Origin: Eubacteriales bacterium
GTDB taxonomy: Bacteria; Bacillota; Clostridia; Oscillospirales; CAG-382
Length of the DNA: 64,000 bases
Reading direction: 5' to 3'
Assembly (NCBI GenBank): GCA_045592105.1
Contig: JAZNUB010000045.1
Coordinates: 260 to 64,259 of the forward strand
A model generated the notes under the pieces. It was given only the letters and a program-made list of their open reading frames with translations, was not told the origin of the DNA and made no database searches. A program made the translations under genes and the position numbers. This document shows positions 54,306 to 61,624 of this stretch, piece after piece; the stretch's first letter is position 1, and every line of letters starts with the position of its first letter.

Positions 54306-55178
54306 TTGAACGTACAAAGGGTAGCTTTAATACCCAACATAACCAAACCCGGTGCGCTACGCTGTGCTATCCGTGCGGCAAGCGTGCTTCGTGAGGTGGG
54401 GATAGAACCGCTGATAGACGAGGGCAAGCAGCCTACCTTTGCCGCATTGGGCGAGAGCATAAGCTGTATGCCGTTGGACGAGCTGTATAAGGTAAGCGAT
54501 ATAGTGATAGTGTTTGGCGGCGACGGCACGGTGCTTGGCGCGGCAAAGAAGGCGGCGGAAACGGGCGTGCCTATCCTTGGCGTAAACTTTGGGCACGTAG
54601 GCTATATTACGGAGCTTGAGGAAAGCGAGGTAGATATGCTTCGCCGTTTAAGCACGGGGGATTATTATATAGACGAGCGTATGATGCTGGACATAAGCGT
54701 TGGTAAAAACGGCAGAAGGCTGTTTTTCGCCCGCGCTTTTAACGAGGCGGCAGTAACGCGCGGCATAGTGTCGCGCCTTGCGGATTTCACCGTTAGCTGT
54801 AACGGCAGCTTGGTAAACCGCTACCGTGCGGATGGGCTTATCGTTGCAACGCCAACAGGCTCCACAGCGTATTCAATGGCGGCGGGCGGCCCTGTAATAG
54901 ACCCATCGCTGGAGGTAATAAGCGTAACGCCGGTATGCTCCCATTCCTTGGATTCTGCGCGCACGCTTGTTTTCGGCCCGCAATCCGTGATAAAAATAAC
55001 CGTTCCCTCCGCTAAATATGCAGAATCAATGGTAACGGTGGACGGCAGAACTTTTTTCAGAATAAACGATGGCGATTTGGCTATAACGCTAACTCGCTCT
55101 GAAAGCAAAATAAAGCTTATAAGGTTTAAAAACAGCTCCTTCGGCAACACTCTTTATCAAAAGTTTGGCACCGGTTGA
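54306..55178 (+). CDS. nadK: NAD kinase
   Basis: 290 aa with the GGDGT motif (VFGGDGTVLG). It uses a TTG start. Confidence 0.92.
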   Translation: MNVQRVALIPNITKPGALRCAIRAASVLREVGIEPLIDEGKQPTFAALGESISCMPLDELYKVSDIVIVFGGDGTVLGAAKKAAETGVPILGVNFGHVGYITELEESEVDMLRRLSTGDYYIDERMMLDISVGKNGRRLFFARAFNEAAVTRGIVSRLADFTVSCNGSLVNRYRADGLIVATPTGSTAYSMAAGGPVIDPSLEVISVTPVCSHSLDSARTLVFGPQSVIKITVPSAKYAESMVTVDGRTFFRINDGDLAITLTRSESKIKLIRFKNSSFGNTLYQKFGTG

Positions 55179-55199
55179 GAGCAAAAAAAGGAGTATAAA

Positions 55200-55655
55200 A
55201 TGAAGAAATCTCAAAGACACGCCGCTATACTTGACCTTATACAAAGGAAAAGCATACGCACGCAGGAAGAGCTTTTGGAGCATCTAAAAAAGATGGGATT
55301 CGATACAACGCAGGCAACCGTTTCCCGCGATATAAGAGATTTAAAGATAGTAAAAGCATCGGACGGTAACGGCGGCTACAAGTATTCCGCGGCACTTTCT
55401 ATGGGGGATGGGGATTTTGCCTCCAAGCTGAAAACCATATTTACAGAGGCGGTTTACAGGGTGGACAGTGCCTGCAATATGGTGGTGCTTAAAACCTATG
55501 CGGGCATGGGTAGCGCGGCAGGTGCGGCTGTGGACTCTATGCAGATGGACGGCGTTGTTGGCACACTTGCTGGGGACGACACTATGTTTATAGTAGCGCG
55601 CTCGGTTGAGGCGGCAACGGAGATAAGCAAGCAGTTATCACAGCTTTTAAAGTAA
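55200..55655 (+). CDS. argR: Arginine repressor
   Basis: 151 aa with a winged-helix N-terminus (QATVSRDIRDL) and a C-terminal oligomerisation domain (GTLAGDDT). Confidence 0.94.
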   Translation: MKKSQRHAAILDLIQRKSIRTQEELLEHLKKMGFDTTQATVSRDIRDLKIVKASDGNGGYKYSAALSMGDGDFASKLKTIFTEAVYRVDSACNMVVLKTYAGMGSAAGAAVDSMQMDGVVGTLAGDDTMFIVARSVEAATEISKQLSQLLK

Positions 55656-55670
55656 GAGAGGGAAAGAAGT

Positions 55671-57347
55671 ATGCTGTCGTCACTACATATAGAAAACGTG
55701 GCGCTGATAAAAGAGAATACCTTGCTGTTTGGCGGCGGATTTACCGTGCTAACGGGTGAAACGGGCGCAGGCAAAAGCATTATATTAGACGCGCTTTCCT
55801 TGCTTTGCGGCGGCAGAAGCGATAAGGAGCTTATCCGCACAGGTGAAAGCTACGCTTTTGTAGAGGGCTGCTTTGACGGGCTGGACGATGAAATTGTGGA
55901 AAAGCTTTCTATGCTTGGCGTTACTCTTGACGAGGACGGCGTGCTGTTTTTAAGCCGCCGTGTATCGGCAGACGGTAGAAGCGTTGCACGCATAGGGGAT
56001 AGGCAGGTTCCGTCCTCACGCCTTCGCGGTGTGGCGGAGCTGCTTTTGAACATCCACGGTCAGCAGGATACGCTGCTGCTGGCAGACAAGGCGCGCCATC
56101 TGCCGCTTATAGACAGCTATGCCAAAACAGAGCAGCTGTTATCGGAATACAGCGGGCATTACGCGCGCTATACCGAGCTTGGAAAAGAGATAGAGGCGCA
56201 AAAGGCAAAGGCAGCGGATAGCGCCTTTCGCAAAGAGATGATAGAGTATAAGCTTCAGTCGCTTAAAAAGGCAAAGCTTCGCCCCGATGAAGAGGAGGAG
56301 CTTTTGCAAAGCAGGAAGCGTTTGCGTGCGGCAGAGCGCATCTGTGCAGGCGCAAGCGGCGCGTACAGCCTGCTTTACGAGGAGGACGGCTCGGCAGGGG
56401 AGCGCGTTTACGATGCAATCTCCGCGCTTTCGCCCCTGAAGGATGCATTGCCCGAAGCGGCACAGCTTTTGGAAAGGCTTGAGAGCATTAAATGTGAGAT
56501 AGACGATATTGCCGATACCTTAAAGGAGTTTGCTCAAACGGATGCAAACACCGCGGCTATAGAGCTTGACGAGGTTGAAACAAGGCTTGAGCTTATAGCG
56601 GAGCTAAAGCGCCGTTTTGCAACGGATTATGCGGGCTTGCTTTCCGCGCGGGACGGTTTGCTTGCGGAGCTTGAGCAGATAGAAGGCAGTACCGAGTATA
56701 TAGAGGAGCTTACGGAGGAAAGAAAGCAGTGCGAGCAGGAGATGCTTGCTGTTGGCAAGCGGCTTTCTGCCCAAAGGCGCAGTGCGGCGTTGGGGCTTGA
56801 GGAAAGAGTTAAGGAGTGCTTGGCACAGCTTGATATGCCCTCGGTAGGCTTTAAGGTTATGTTCACCGCAATACCGCCGCGGGCGGACGGTTGTGACGAG
56901 GCGGAGCTGCTTATTGCACCCAACGCGGGTGAGGAGCCGAAGCCGCTATCAAAAATCGCATCGGGCGGTGAGCTGGCGCGTATTATGTTGGCGTTTAAAA
57001 GCGCGCTGGCGGAAACAGAAAAAACACCTGTTATGGTGTTTGACGAGATAGATACGGGTATATCTGGCAAGACCGCGCAGAAAACGGGGCTTGCGCTTAA
57101 ACGCCTTTCCGCGCGTGAGGGTACGCAGGTGCTTTGCGTAACCCACTCTGCACAGATAGCGGCACTTGCCGATACGCATTTGCTTGTTAGCAAGCGTGAG
57201 GACGCGGGGCGTACAAAAAGCCTTGTGCGCGCGCTTGACAGCGACGGACGTGTTGAGGAGATAGCGCGTATTATAGGCGGCATAAACGTTGGCGAAGCAA
57301 CGCTTAACGCCGCAAGAGAGCTTATTAGTGAGGCGGCTATGCTATGA
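55671..57347 (+). CDS. recN: DNA repair protein RecN
   Basis: 558 aa with a Walker A motif (GETGAGKSI), a long coiled coil and an SMC-type signature (ASGGELAR). Confidence 0.95.
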   Translation: MLSSLHIENVALIKENTLLFGGGFTVLTGETGAGKSIILDALSLLCGGRSDKELIRTGESYAFVEGCFDGLDDEIVEKLSMLGVTLDEDGVLFLSRRVSADGRSVARIGDRQVPSSRLRGVAELLLNIHGQQDTLLLADKARHLPLIDSYAKTEQLLSEYSGHYARYTELGKEIEAQKAKAADSAFRKEMIEYKLQSLKKAKLRPDEEEELLQSRKRLRAAERICAGASGAYSLLYEEDGSAGERVYDAISALSPLKDALPEAAQLLERLESIKCEIDDIADTLKEFAQTDANTAAIELDEVETRLELIAELKRRFATDYAGLLSARDGLLAELEQIEGSTEYIEELTEERKQCEQEMLAVGKRLSAQRRSAALGLEERVKECLAQLDMPSVGFKVMFTAIPPRADGCDEAELLIAPNAGEEPKPLSKIASGGELARIMLAFKSALAETEKTPVMVFDEIDTGISGKTAQKTGLALKRLSAREGTQVLCVTHSAQIAALADTHLLVSKREDAGRTKSLVRALDSDGRVEEIARIIGGINVGEATLNAARELISEAAML

Positions 57348-57802
57348 CGCTACGCAAGAAAAAAACAATAAAGATTTGCCTTGCCGTATTAGGCTTAGCT
57401 GTTTGGTTGCGGTTTATATTTAGAAATTCGCTTAAAAACAGCGTACAGTCTGCCAACCAAAGCGAGGCGGCAGAAGGCTTTTTGCGCCGCATATTAAGCT
57501 CGTTAGGCTTTAGCGGCAACGCGGAGGCAGTTGCAGAAATAGCCGTAAGAAAGGCGGCGCATATATTTGAGTTTTTCGTTTTGTTTTTGCTGTTGGCGGC
57601 GCTTTTTGCCCTGCTTATCAAAAGCATAAACGTAACGGTGATATGCTCTTCGGCTTTGGCGTTCGGTTTCGCTTGCATAGACGAGTGCTTGCAGATTATT
57701 TCGCACCGCGGCGCATCAGTACGGGACGTGCTTATTGATTCGGTAGGTATAGCCATAGGCGCATTGCTTTATGTTTTCGTGCGTAAAAAACGAAATAGAT
57801 AG
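57344..57802 (+). CDS. VanZ family membrane protein
   Basis: 152 aa with 4 TM helices and the motif KAAHIFEFFVL. It overlaps recN by 4 nt. Confidence 0.85.
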   Translation: MTLRKKKTIKICLAVLGLAVWLRFIFRNSLKNSVQSANQSEAAEGFLRRILSSLGFSGNAEAVAEIAVRKAAHIFEFFVLFLLLAALFALLIKSINVTVICSSALAFGFACIDECLQIISHRGASVRDVLIDSVGIAIGALLYVFVRKKRNR

Positions 57803-57808
57803 AATTAT

Positions 57809-57842
57809 GGGCTGTATCAAATCATTCGATTTGATACAGCCC
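57809..57842. repeat. Third copy of the TGTATCAAATC palindromic unit (15-bp stem), placed after vanZ
   Basis: gggctgtatcaaatc attc gatttgatacagccc. There is no adjacent T-run on either strand. Confidence 0.85.
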
Positions 57843-57848
57843 ATTTGC

Positions 57849-58029
57849 TTGGGGATAGGAAAAAATGGTTGGAACGGGCGAACTGAACTGAAGCTGTACC
57901 GATAGTACTGCAAAGTGAAGTTCGTTCGTAGCAAGAAAATATATTATAAAAGGCTAATCGTGGCTTTCGCCACGATTAGCTTCCATTATGTAATATATAT
58001 TTTTCCTTGCGATCCAGCCGGTTTTTACA
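57849..58029. repeat. Left arm (IR-L) of an imperfect inverted repeat bracketing the VTC operon
   Basis: By eye it aligns in three conserved blocks with the reverse complement of 61431-61579. It carries an extra insert of about 33 nt in the loop of the first hairpin. Confidence 0.85.
57946..57980 (-). terminator. Intrinsic terminator of the VTC/DUF4956/beta-helix operon (lies inside IR-L)
   Basis: gctaatcgtggc tttc gccacgattagc forms a 12-bp perfect stem. On the minus strand it is followed by CCTTTTAT. Confidence 0.75.
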
Positions 58030-58041
58030 GCCTCATTTGAT

Positions 58042-59922
58042 TTAATTAGTGCTTCCGCCTTGAAAGATGTTTGCCTTCATAGTAACATTCATAATAAGCT
58101 CGCCGCCTGTGCAGGTGGTGTTTTGTGCAAAACCAAAGCTATCAAGCCCGTTGGCGTTGCCGCCAGCCATAAGCGTGTAGCTACCGCCCTTCTTTATGGA
58201 GGGCGCGGATATTACCGCAGAGGAATACGCCTTATCGGGGCTTATAGCAACTATTGCGTTCCCCTCACTATCGCGGAGCGTAAGCAGGGTGTTTGCTGCT
58301 TGAGTTTTGAACTTGCAAAACGCCGTGCCCTGGCTTGGGGAGTTAGAGAAGCCCTGTGCCATAGGCGCGCTTCCAAGTGCAACAACCACGCCGCCGTTGA
58401 TAACAGAACTGCCTGCACAGTCCAATGAGCTGTCTAAATCAGAGGTGGGGCCGCTTATCACCATAACGCCGCCGCGCACTTGTAGAGTGCCGTTAGAGTC
58501 TATACCGTCACCATCGGCGTCTATGTAAAGCGTACCGCCTGTAAGTGTGAACGCGTTTACCGTCATAATACCATCGTCCGAGGCATTTACGGTAACCGCA
58601 CCGCCGGACATTATCACGCGGGATGCATCCATACCCTCAAAGCTGTTTTCAACTGTTATAGTGCCGCCGCTTACGGCAAGGTCGCTGTTAGCGTGGAAGG
58701 CATCGTTGCCGCTGGATAGCGTTAGCGTGCCGCCCGTTATGCTTATAGTGCCGTTGGAATGTATACAGTCATCTCTGGAGCTTATGTTGTAGCTACCGCC
58801 CGATATAAGGATATCGGATACCGCTTTAAGCCCTTTGTAAGACTCTGCCGTTTCGGTGCCAAGCGCAACGCTTCCGCCACCGCCGCTTTTAACGGTTATG
58901 CTTGCAACGTCGGATTTAAGTACGGTTTCCGCCTGTATACCGTCGTGAACAGCCGTTACGTTGATAGCGCCGCCTTCTATGTAAATGTAGCCCTTGGCGG
59001 CGTTTTCTGTGTTGTCGGAGGTGATACCGTCATCACCGCTGTTGATGGTTATAGCACCGTTTTTGATTTTAACGTAGTCCTTGCCGTTTAGCGCTATGCC
59101 TTTAGAGCTTATGTTAAGCGTACATTCGGAAACAACAACCCTGTCTTTAGAAACAACGCCGTGCTGTTTGTTGCCCTTAACGGTAAGCTTGCCCGTGCCG
59201 TTTATCGTCATATCCGCAAGGCTGAAAATAGCCGCATCCACGTTTGTTGTGCCGCTTGTAAGCGTGTATGAGTTACCGTCGCTTACGTAGTTTTCCGTGC
59301 CGTCGAATGCTGTTATAGTAACCTTGTCAGCCTCTTTAACAACTATAGCGGGGCCGTTTGCGTTGTTTATCACAACGCCCTTTAAAACAAGCTGAACCTT
59401 TTCGGTAGCCGCAACCTCAACAATTATCATGCGGTTTGTAAAAGCACCCTTAAGCTCGTGCGTGCCTGCCGTTGTTATATATATGTCCTCGGCAGGGGCA
59501 GGCGGAACCTCTTCGCTGCTATCCTCTGCCACGGAGCTATCCTCAGGCTCGGAAGGGGTATCTGCCACGGAGCTGTCCTCGGGCTTGGAGGGGATATCTG
59601 CAACGGAGCTGTCTGTATCGGAATAGCTGCTGTCCTCATAGGAAGCATCGCTTTCCTCGCTAATCGCTTCGCTTATATCCTCGCTGCTTTCATCCTCGGA
59701 GGGAAATGCGGAAATAGGGTCCCCCTGTATTACGCTAACCACGTCGCTTTCATCGTAGGAAGCGGCGATATCGCCATCGTCAAACGAAAAGTCCATCCCA
59801 ACGGTAGGCGCGGTGGATACGTCCGTATCAGAAAGCTCGTCTTTAAAGAAGATAAGTATAACGCTAAGAAGTACTGCAACTGCCACAACGCCCGCAATGG
59901 TGATAATTGTGGATTTCCTCAC
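58042..59922 (-). CDS. Membrane-anchored surface protein with an acidic repeat linker and a Cthe_2159-like (PF14262-like) parallel beta-helix carbohydrate/polyanion-binding region
   Basis: 626 aa. The GTG start overlaps the upstream stop (GTGA) and has an AGGAGG RBS. It has an N-terminal TM anchor and SSVAD(I/T)PS(K/E)PED repeats. Periodic segments follow, such as INGTGKLTV, INSGDDGITSD, ITGGTLTLSSGNDAFHA, VSGGTITV and LTGGTLYIDADGDGIDSNG. Confidence 0.75.
   Translation of the reverse strand: MRKSTIITIAGVVAVAVLLSVILIFFKDELSDTDVSTAPTVGMDFSFDDGDIAASYDESDVVSVIQGDPISAFPSEDESSEDISEAISEESDASYEDSSYSDTDSSVADIPSKPEDSSVADTPSEPEDSSVAEDSSEEVPPAPAEDIYITTAGTHELKGAFTNRMIIVEVAATEKVQLVLKGVVINNANGPAIVVKEADKVTITAFDGTENYVSDGNSYTLTSGTTNVDAAIFSLADMTINGTGKLTVKGNKQHGVVSKDRVVVSECTLNISSKGIALNGKDYVKIKNGAITINSGDDGITSDNTENAAKGYIYIEGGAINVTAVHDGIQAETVLKSDVASITVKSGGGGSVALGTETAESYKGLKAVSDILISGGSYNISSRDDCIHSNGTISITGGTLTLSSGNDAFHANSDLAVSGGTITVENSFEGMDASRVIMSGGAVTVNASDDGIMTVNAFTLTGGTLYIDADGDGIDSNGTLQVRGGVMVISGPTSDLDSSLDCAGSSVINGGVVVALGSAPMAQGFSNSPSQGTAFCKFKTQAANTLLTLRDSEGNAIVAISPDKAYSSAVISAPSIKKGGSYTLMAGGNANGLDSFGFAQNTTCTGGELIMNVTMKANIFQGGSTN
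59526..59615 (-). repeat. In-frame 36-nt tandem repeat (about 2.5 copies) in the acidic linker of the beta-helix protein
   Basis: On the plus strand, ctgccacggagctatcctcaggctcggaaggggtat / ctgccacggagctgtcctcgggcttggaggggatat / ctgcaacggagctgtc... Confidence 0.85.
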
Positions 59923-60602
59923 AGCTCGTCTCCTCCTTCAAGTATCTCGGAAATAACTATTTCAAGGTTGCCGTTGCGGCATCTGAGCTCATCAATAAAC
60001 TCCTGCATCTTGCTTTCGTCCTTAAGCTCTATCTTATAAAACAGCTTGTAAAGGCTACCCATATTGGTGGTTTTTGCTTTAACAAGCCAATGCTTTCGCG
60101 TGTATCTTTCAAACAAATCGTCAAACCCGTTTGCAAAACGAAGCGATTCGGGAACGGTTATGTGTAGCTCTACCATAGCTTGATCGCGCATGGGAACAAA
60201 GGTAAGCAAGGTCATAATAGCACCAACCACCAAGGTGAACAGCAACGCCAGCAAGCCGTAGCCCGCGCCGCAAACCAAGCCCGCCGTCATAGCAAGGAAT
60301 ATAGCGGCTATGTCCTTTGCCTTGCCGGGAACGGAACGGAAACGCACAAGCGAAAACGCGCCCGTTATTGCAACGCCAACGCCCACGTTGTCGCTAACCA
60401 TCATAATAACCGTTTGCACTACCATAGGAAGCAGTACAAGCGACATTGCAAAGCTTTTAGAGGTTCTTGAACGTATAGAGGATGCAACCGCCGCAAGGAT
60501 ACCACAGCCAAGCGCAAAAAGCAAACCTATAAAATATACCTTTAATGAAAAGTTGTTAAGCAAATTAGTGCTTTCGATAAATGATTTACTAAGACCTAGC
60601 AT
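59919..60602 (-). CDS. DUF4956-like integral membrane protein (4 TM helices plus a soluble C-terminal domain)
   Basis: 227 aa with a SLVRFRS motif between helices. It overlaps the VTC gene by 14 nt. Confidence 0.75.
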   Translation of the reverse strand: MLGLSKSFIESTNLLNNFSLKVYFIGLLFALGCGILAAVASSIRSRTSKSFAMSLVLLPMVVQTVIMMVSDNVGVGVAITGAFSLVRFRSVPGKAKDIAAIFLAMTAGLVCGAGYGLLALLFTLVVGAIMTLLTFVPMRDQAMVELHITVPESLRFANGFDDLFERYTRKHWLVKAKTTNMGSLYKLFYKIELKDESKMQEFIDELRCRNGNLEIVISEILEGGDEL

Positions 60603-61332
60603 AACTTAGTTCTCCTTTTATATATTGTGTTGGTGTTTTACCCATCAGTATTTGGTACGCCGTGCCGCATTTTGAAAAAGAGGAGGGAAGTATACCGCAT
60701 TCGGTAAGCGCGCTTGACAGCCACAACGGCATTGCCCCATCCGTTTTTATTTCCAAAAGCAGCTCGTTGTCCTTTATTAGCTTTTTGCCGTCATCACCGT
60801 ACTGCAAAAGCAGGTTGTCCCCACGGTATCTAACGTTGCTGTCAAAGGTTATACGCAGGCTTGGTATATCCTCTGCATAGAACGCTTCACGCTCGTAGGC
60901 AATGTATATGGAGGGCGTAGGATGCTCATAAAACTTCATAGAATAGTCTATCTCACGCATTATCTGCGATTCCTCCGGGCGCACCCCGTTTTCCAAATAG
61001 TCCATAGCCTGCTTTAAGGTCATGGCTATACGGCGTTTGTAAACAACGCCCTTGTATTTCTTTTTTAGCTCCAAAAACACCTTTGTGTTTTCCTTGGGAA
61101 CGCCATAGCTTCTAAGGCGTATCTTCTCTTTGTACGATATCGCCTCGATAGAATTGCGTATAAGCCTGTAATTCGGCGTGTCAAGGTAGATACTGCATAT
61201 AGTGCTTTTGCCGTATTCATCAGGCTTAAGGTATTTTCCAACTATCGCAAGAAGTGCTTCTTTCTGCTGTGTTGTTATACGGTATTTCTTTTCTATGCGC
61301 TTAAAAATACAGATATCGCTCAAATAAAGCAC
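60589..61332 (-). CDS. VTC-domain (triphosphate-tunnel, polyphosphate-polymerase-like) protein
   Basis: 247 aa with the motifs RIEKKY, KIRLRSYG, ELKKKYKGVVYKRR, LLEIKTDG and SKCGTAY, as in CYTH/VTC tunnel enzymes. The start is either GTG at 61332 or, more likely given the GGGGGG RBS spacing, TTG at 61323. Confidence 0.78.
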   Translation of the reverse strand: MLYLSDICIFKRIEKKYRITTQQKEALLAIVGKYLKPDEYGKSTICSIYLDTPNYRLIRNSIEAISYKEKIRLRSYGVPKENTKVFLELKKKYKGVVYKRRIAMTLKQAMDYLENGVRPEESQIMREIDYSMKFYEHPTPSIYIAYEREAFYAEDIPSLRITFDSNVRYRGDNLLLQYGDDGKKLIKDNELLLEIKTDGAMPLWLSSALTECGILPSSFSKCGTAYQILMGKTPTQYIKGELSYARS

Positions 61333-61366
61333 CCCCCTATGCCAGTTTTTTTCTTTTAACGGCTAA

Positions 61367-61375
61367 AGTATAACA
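61367..61375 (-). promoter_or_regulatory. Candidate extended -10 promoter element of the VTC operon
   Basis: The minus strand reads TGTTATACT about 35 nt upstream of the start. The -35 is poor (ATGTAC). Confidence 0.35.
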
Positions 61376-61430
61376 GCCAAACATTAATAGTACATAAAGA
61401 AACACAAAAAAAGCGAAAAATTTTTGGGGA

Positions 61431-61579
61431 TGTAAAAAAAGCCCGGACCGCAAGAAAACCAAAAAAACTAATATTGTTGTTAATTGTAGCTAAAGCCATA
61501 ATTAACTCCTTATAATTATATTTTCTTGCTATGAACGAGCTTCAGTTCGTCCATTCCCCCCATTTTTTCCTATCCTCAA
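61431..61579. repeat. Right arm (IR-R) of the inverted repeat bracketing the VTC operon
   Basis: Its reverse complement matches IR-L in three blocks: ttgRggataggaaaaaatgg..cgaactgaa, tcgttcRtagcaagaaaatata(a)ttataa plus a hairpin, and cttgcgRtccRgcc/ggcttttt(tt)aca. Confidence 0.85.
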
Positions 61580-61584
61580 CAAAA

Positions 61585-61617
61585 GTGCTGTAAAAAAACC
61601 GTGTTTTTTTACAGCAC
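61585..61617. terminator. Palindromic terminator after the GT39-like gene
   Basis: gtgctgtaaaaaaa ccgtg tttttttacagcac. On the minus strand it is followed by TTTTG. Confidence 0.8.
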
Positions 61618-61624
61618 CCAAAAA

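Noticed and set aside
57803-58041. Small ORFs in the vanZ / beta-helix intergenic region, for example 57716-57934 on the minus strand (72 aa) and a 32-aa plus-strand ORF starting at 57807.
   Set aside because: They run through the palindromic unit and the inverted-repeat hairpins, lack RBSs, and are not conserved in the other repeat copy.
61356-61499. A 47-aa ORF (MALATINNNISFFGFLAV...) with a strong AAGGAG RBS, upstream of the VTC gene.
   Set aside because: Its ATG sits in the 5' arm of the conserved hairpin of IR-R and is CGT-GG in the IR-L copy, so the structure is conserved but the ORF is not. The ORF also runs through the candidate operon promoter. It is probably fortuitous, although ribosome profiling could revisit this.
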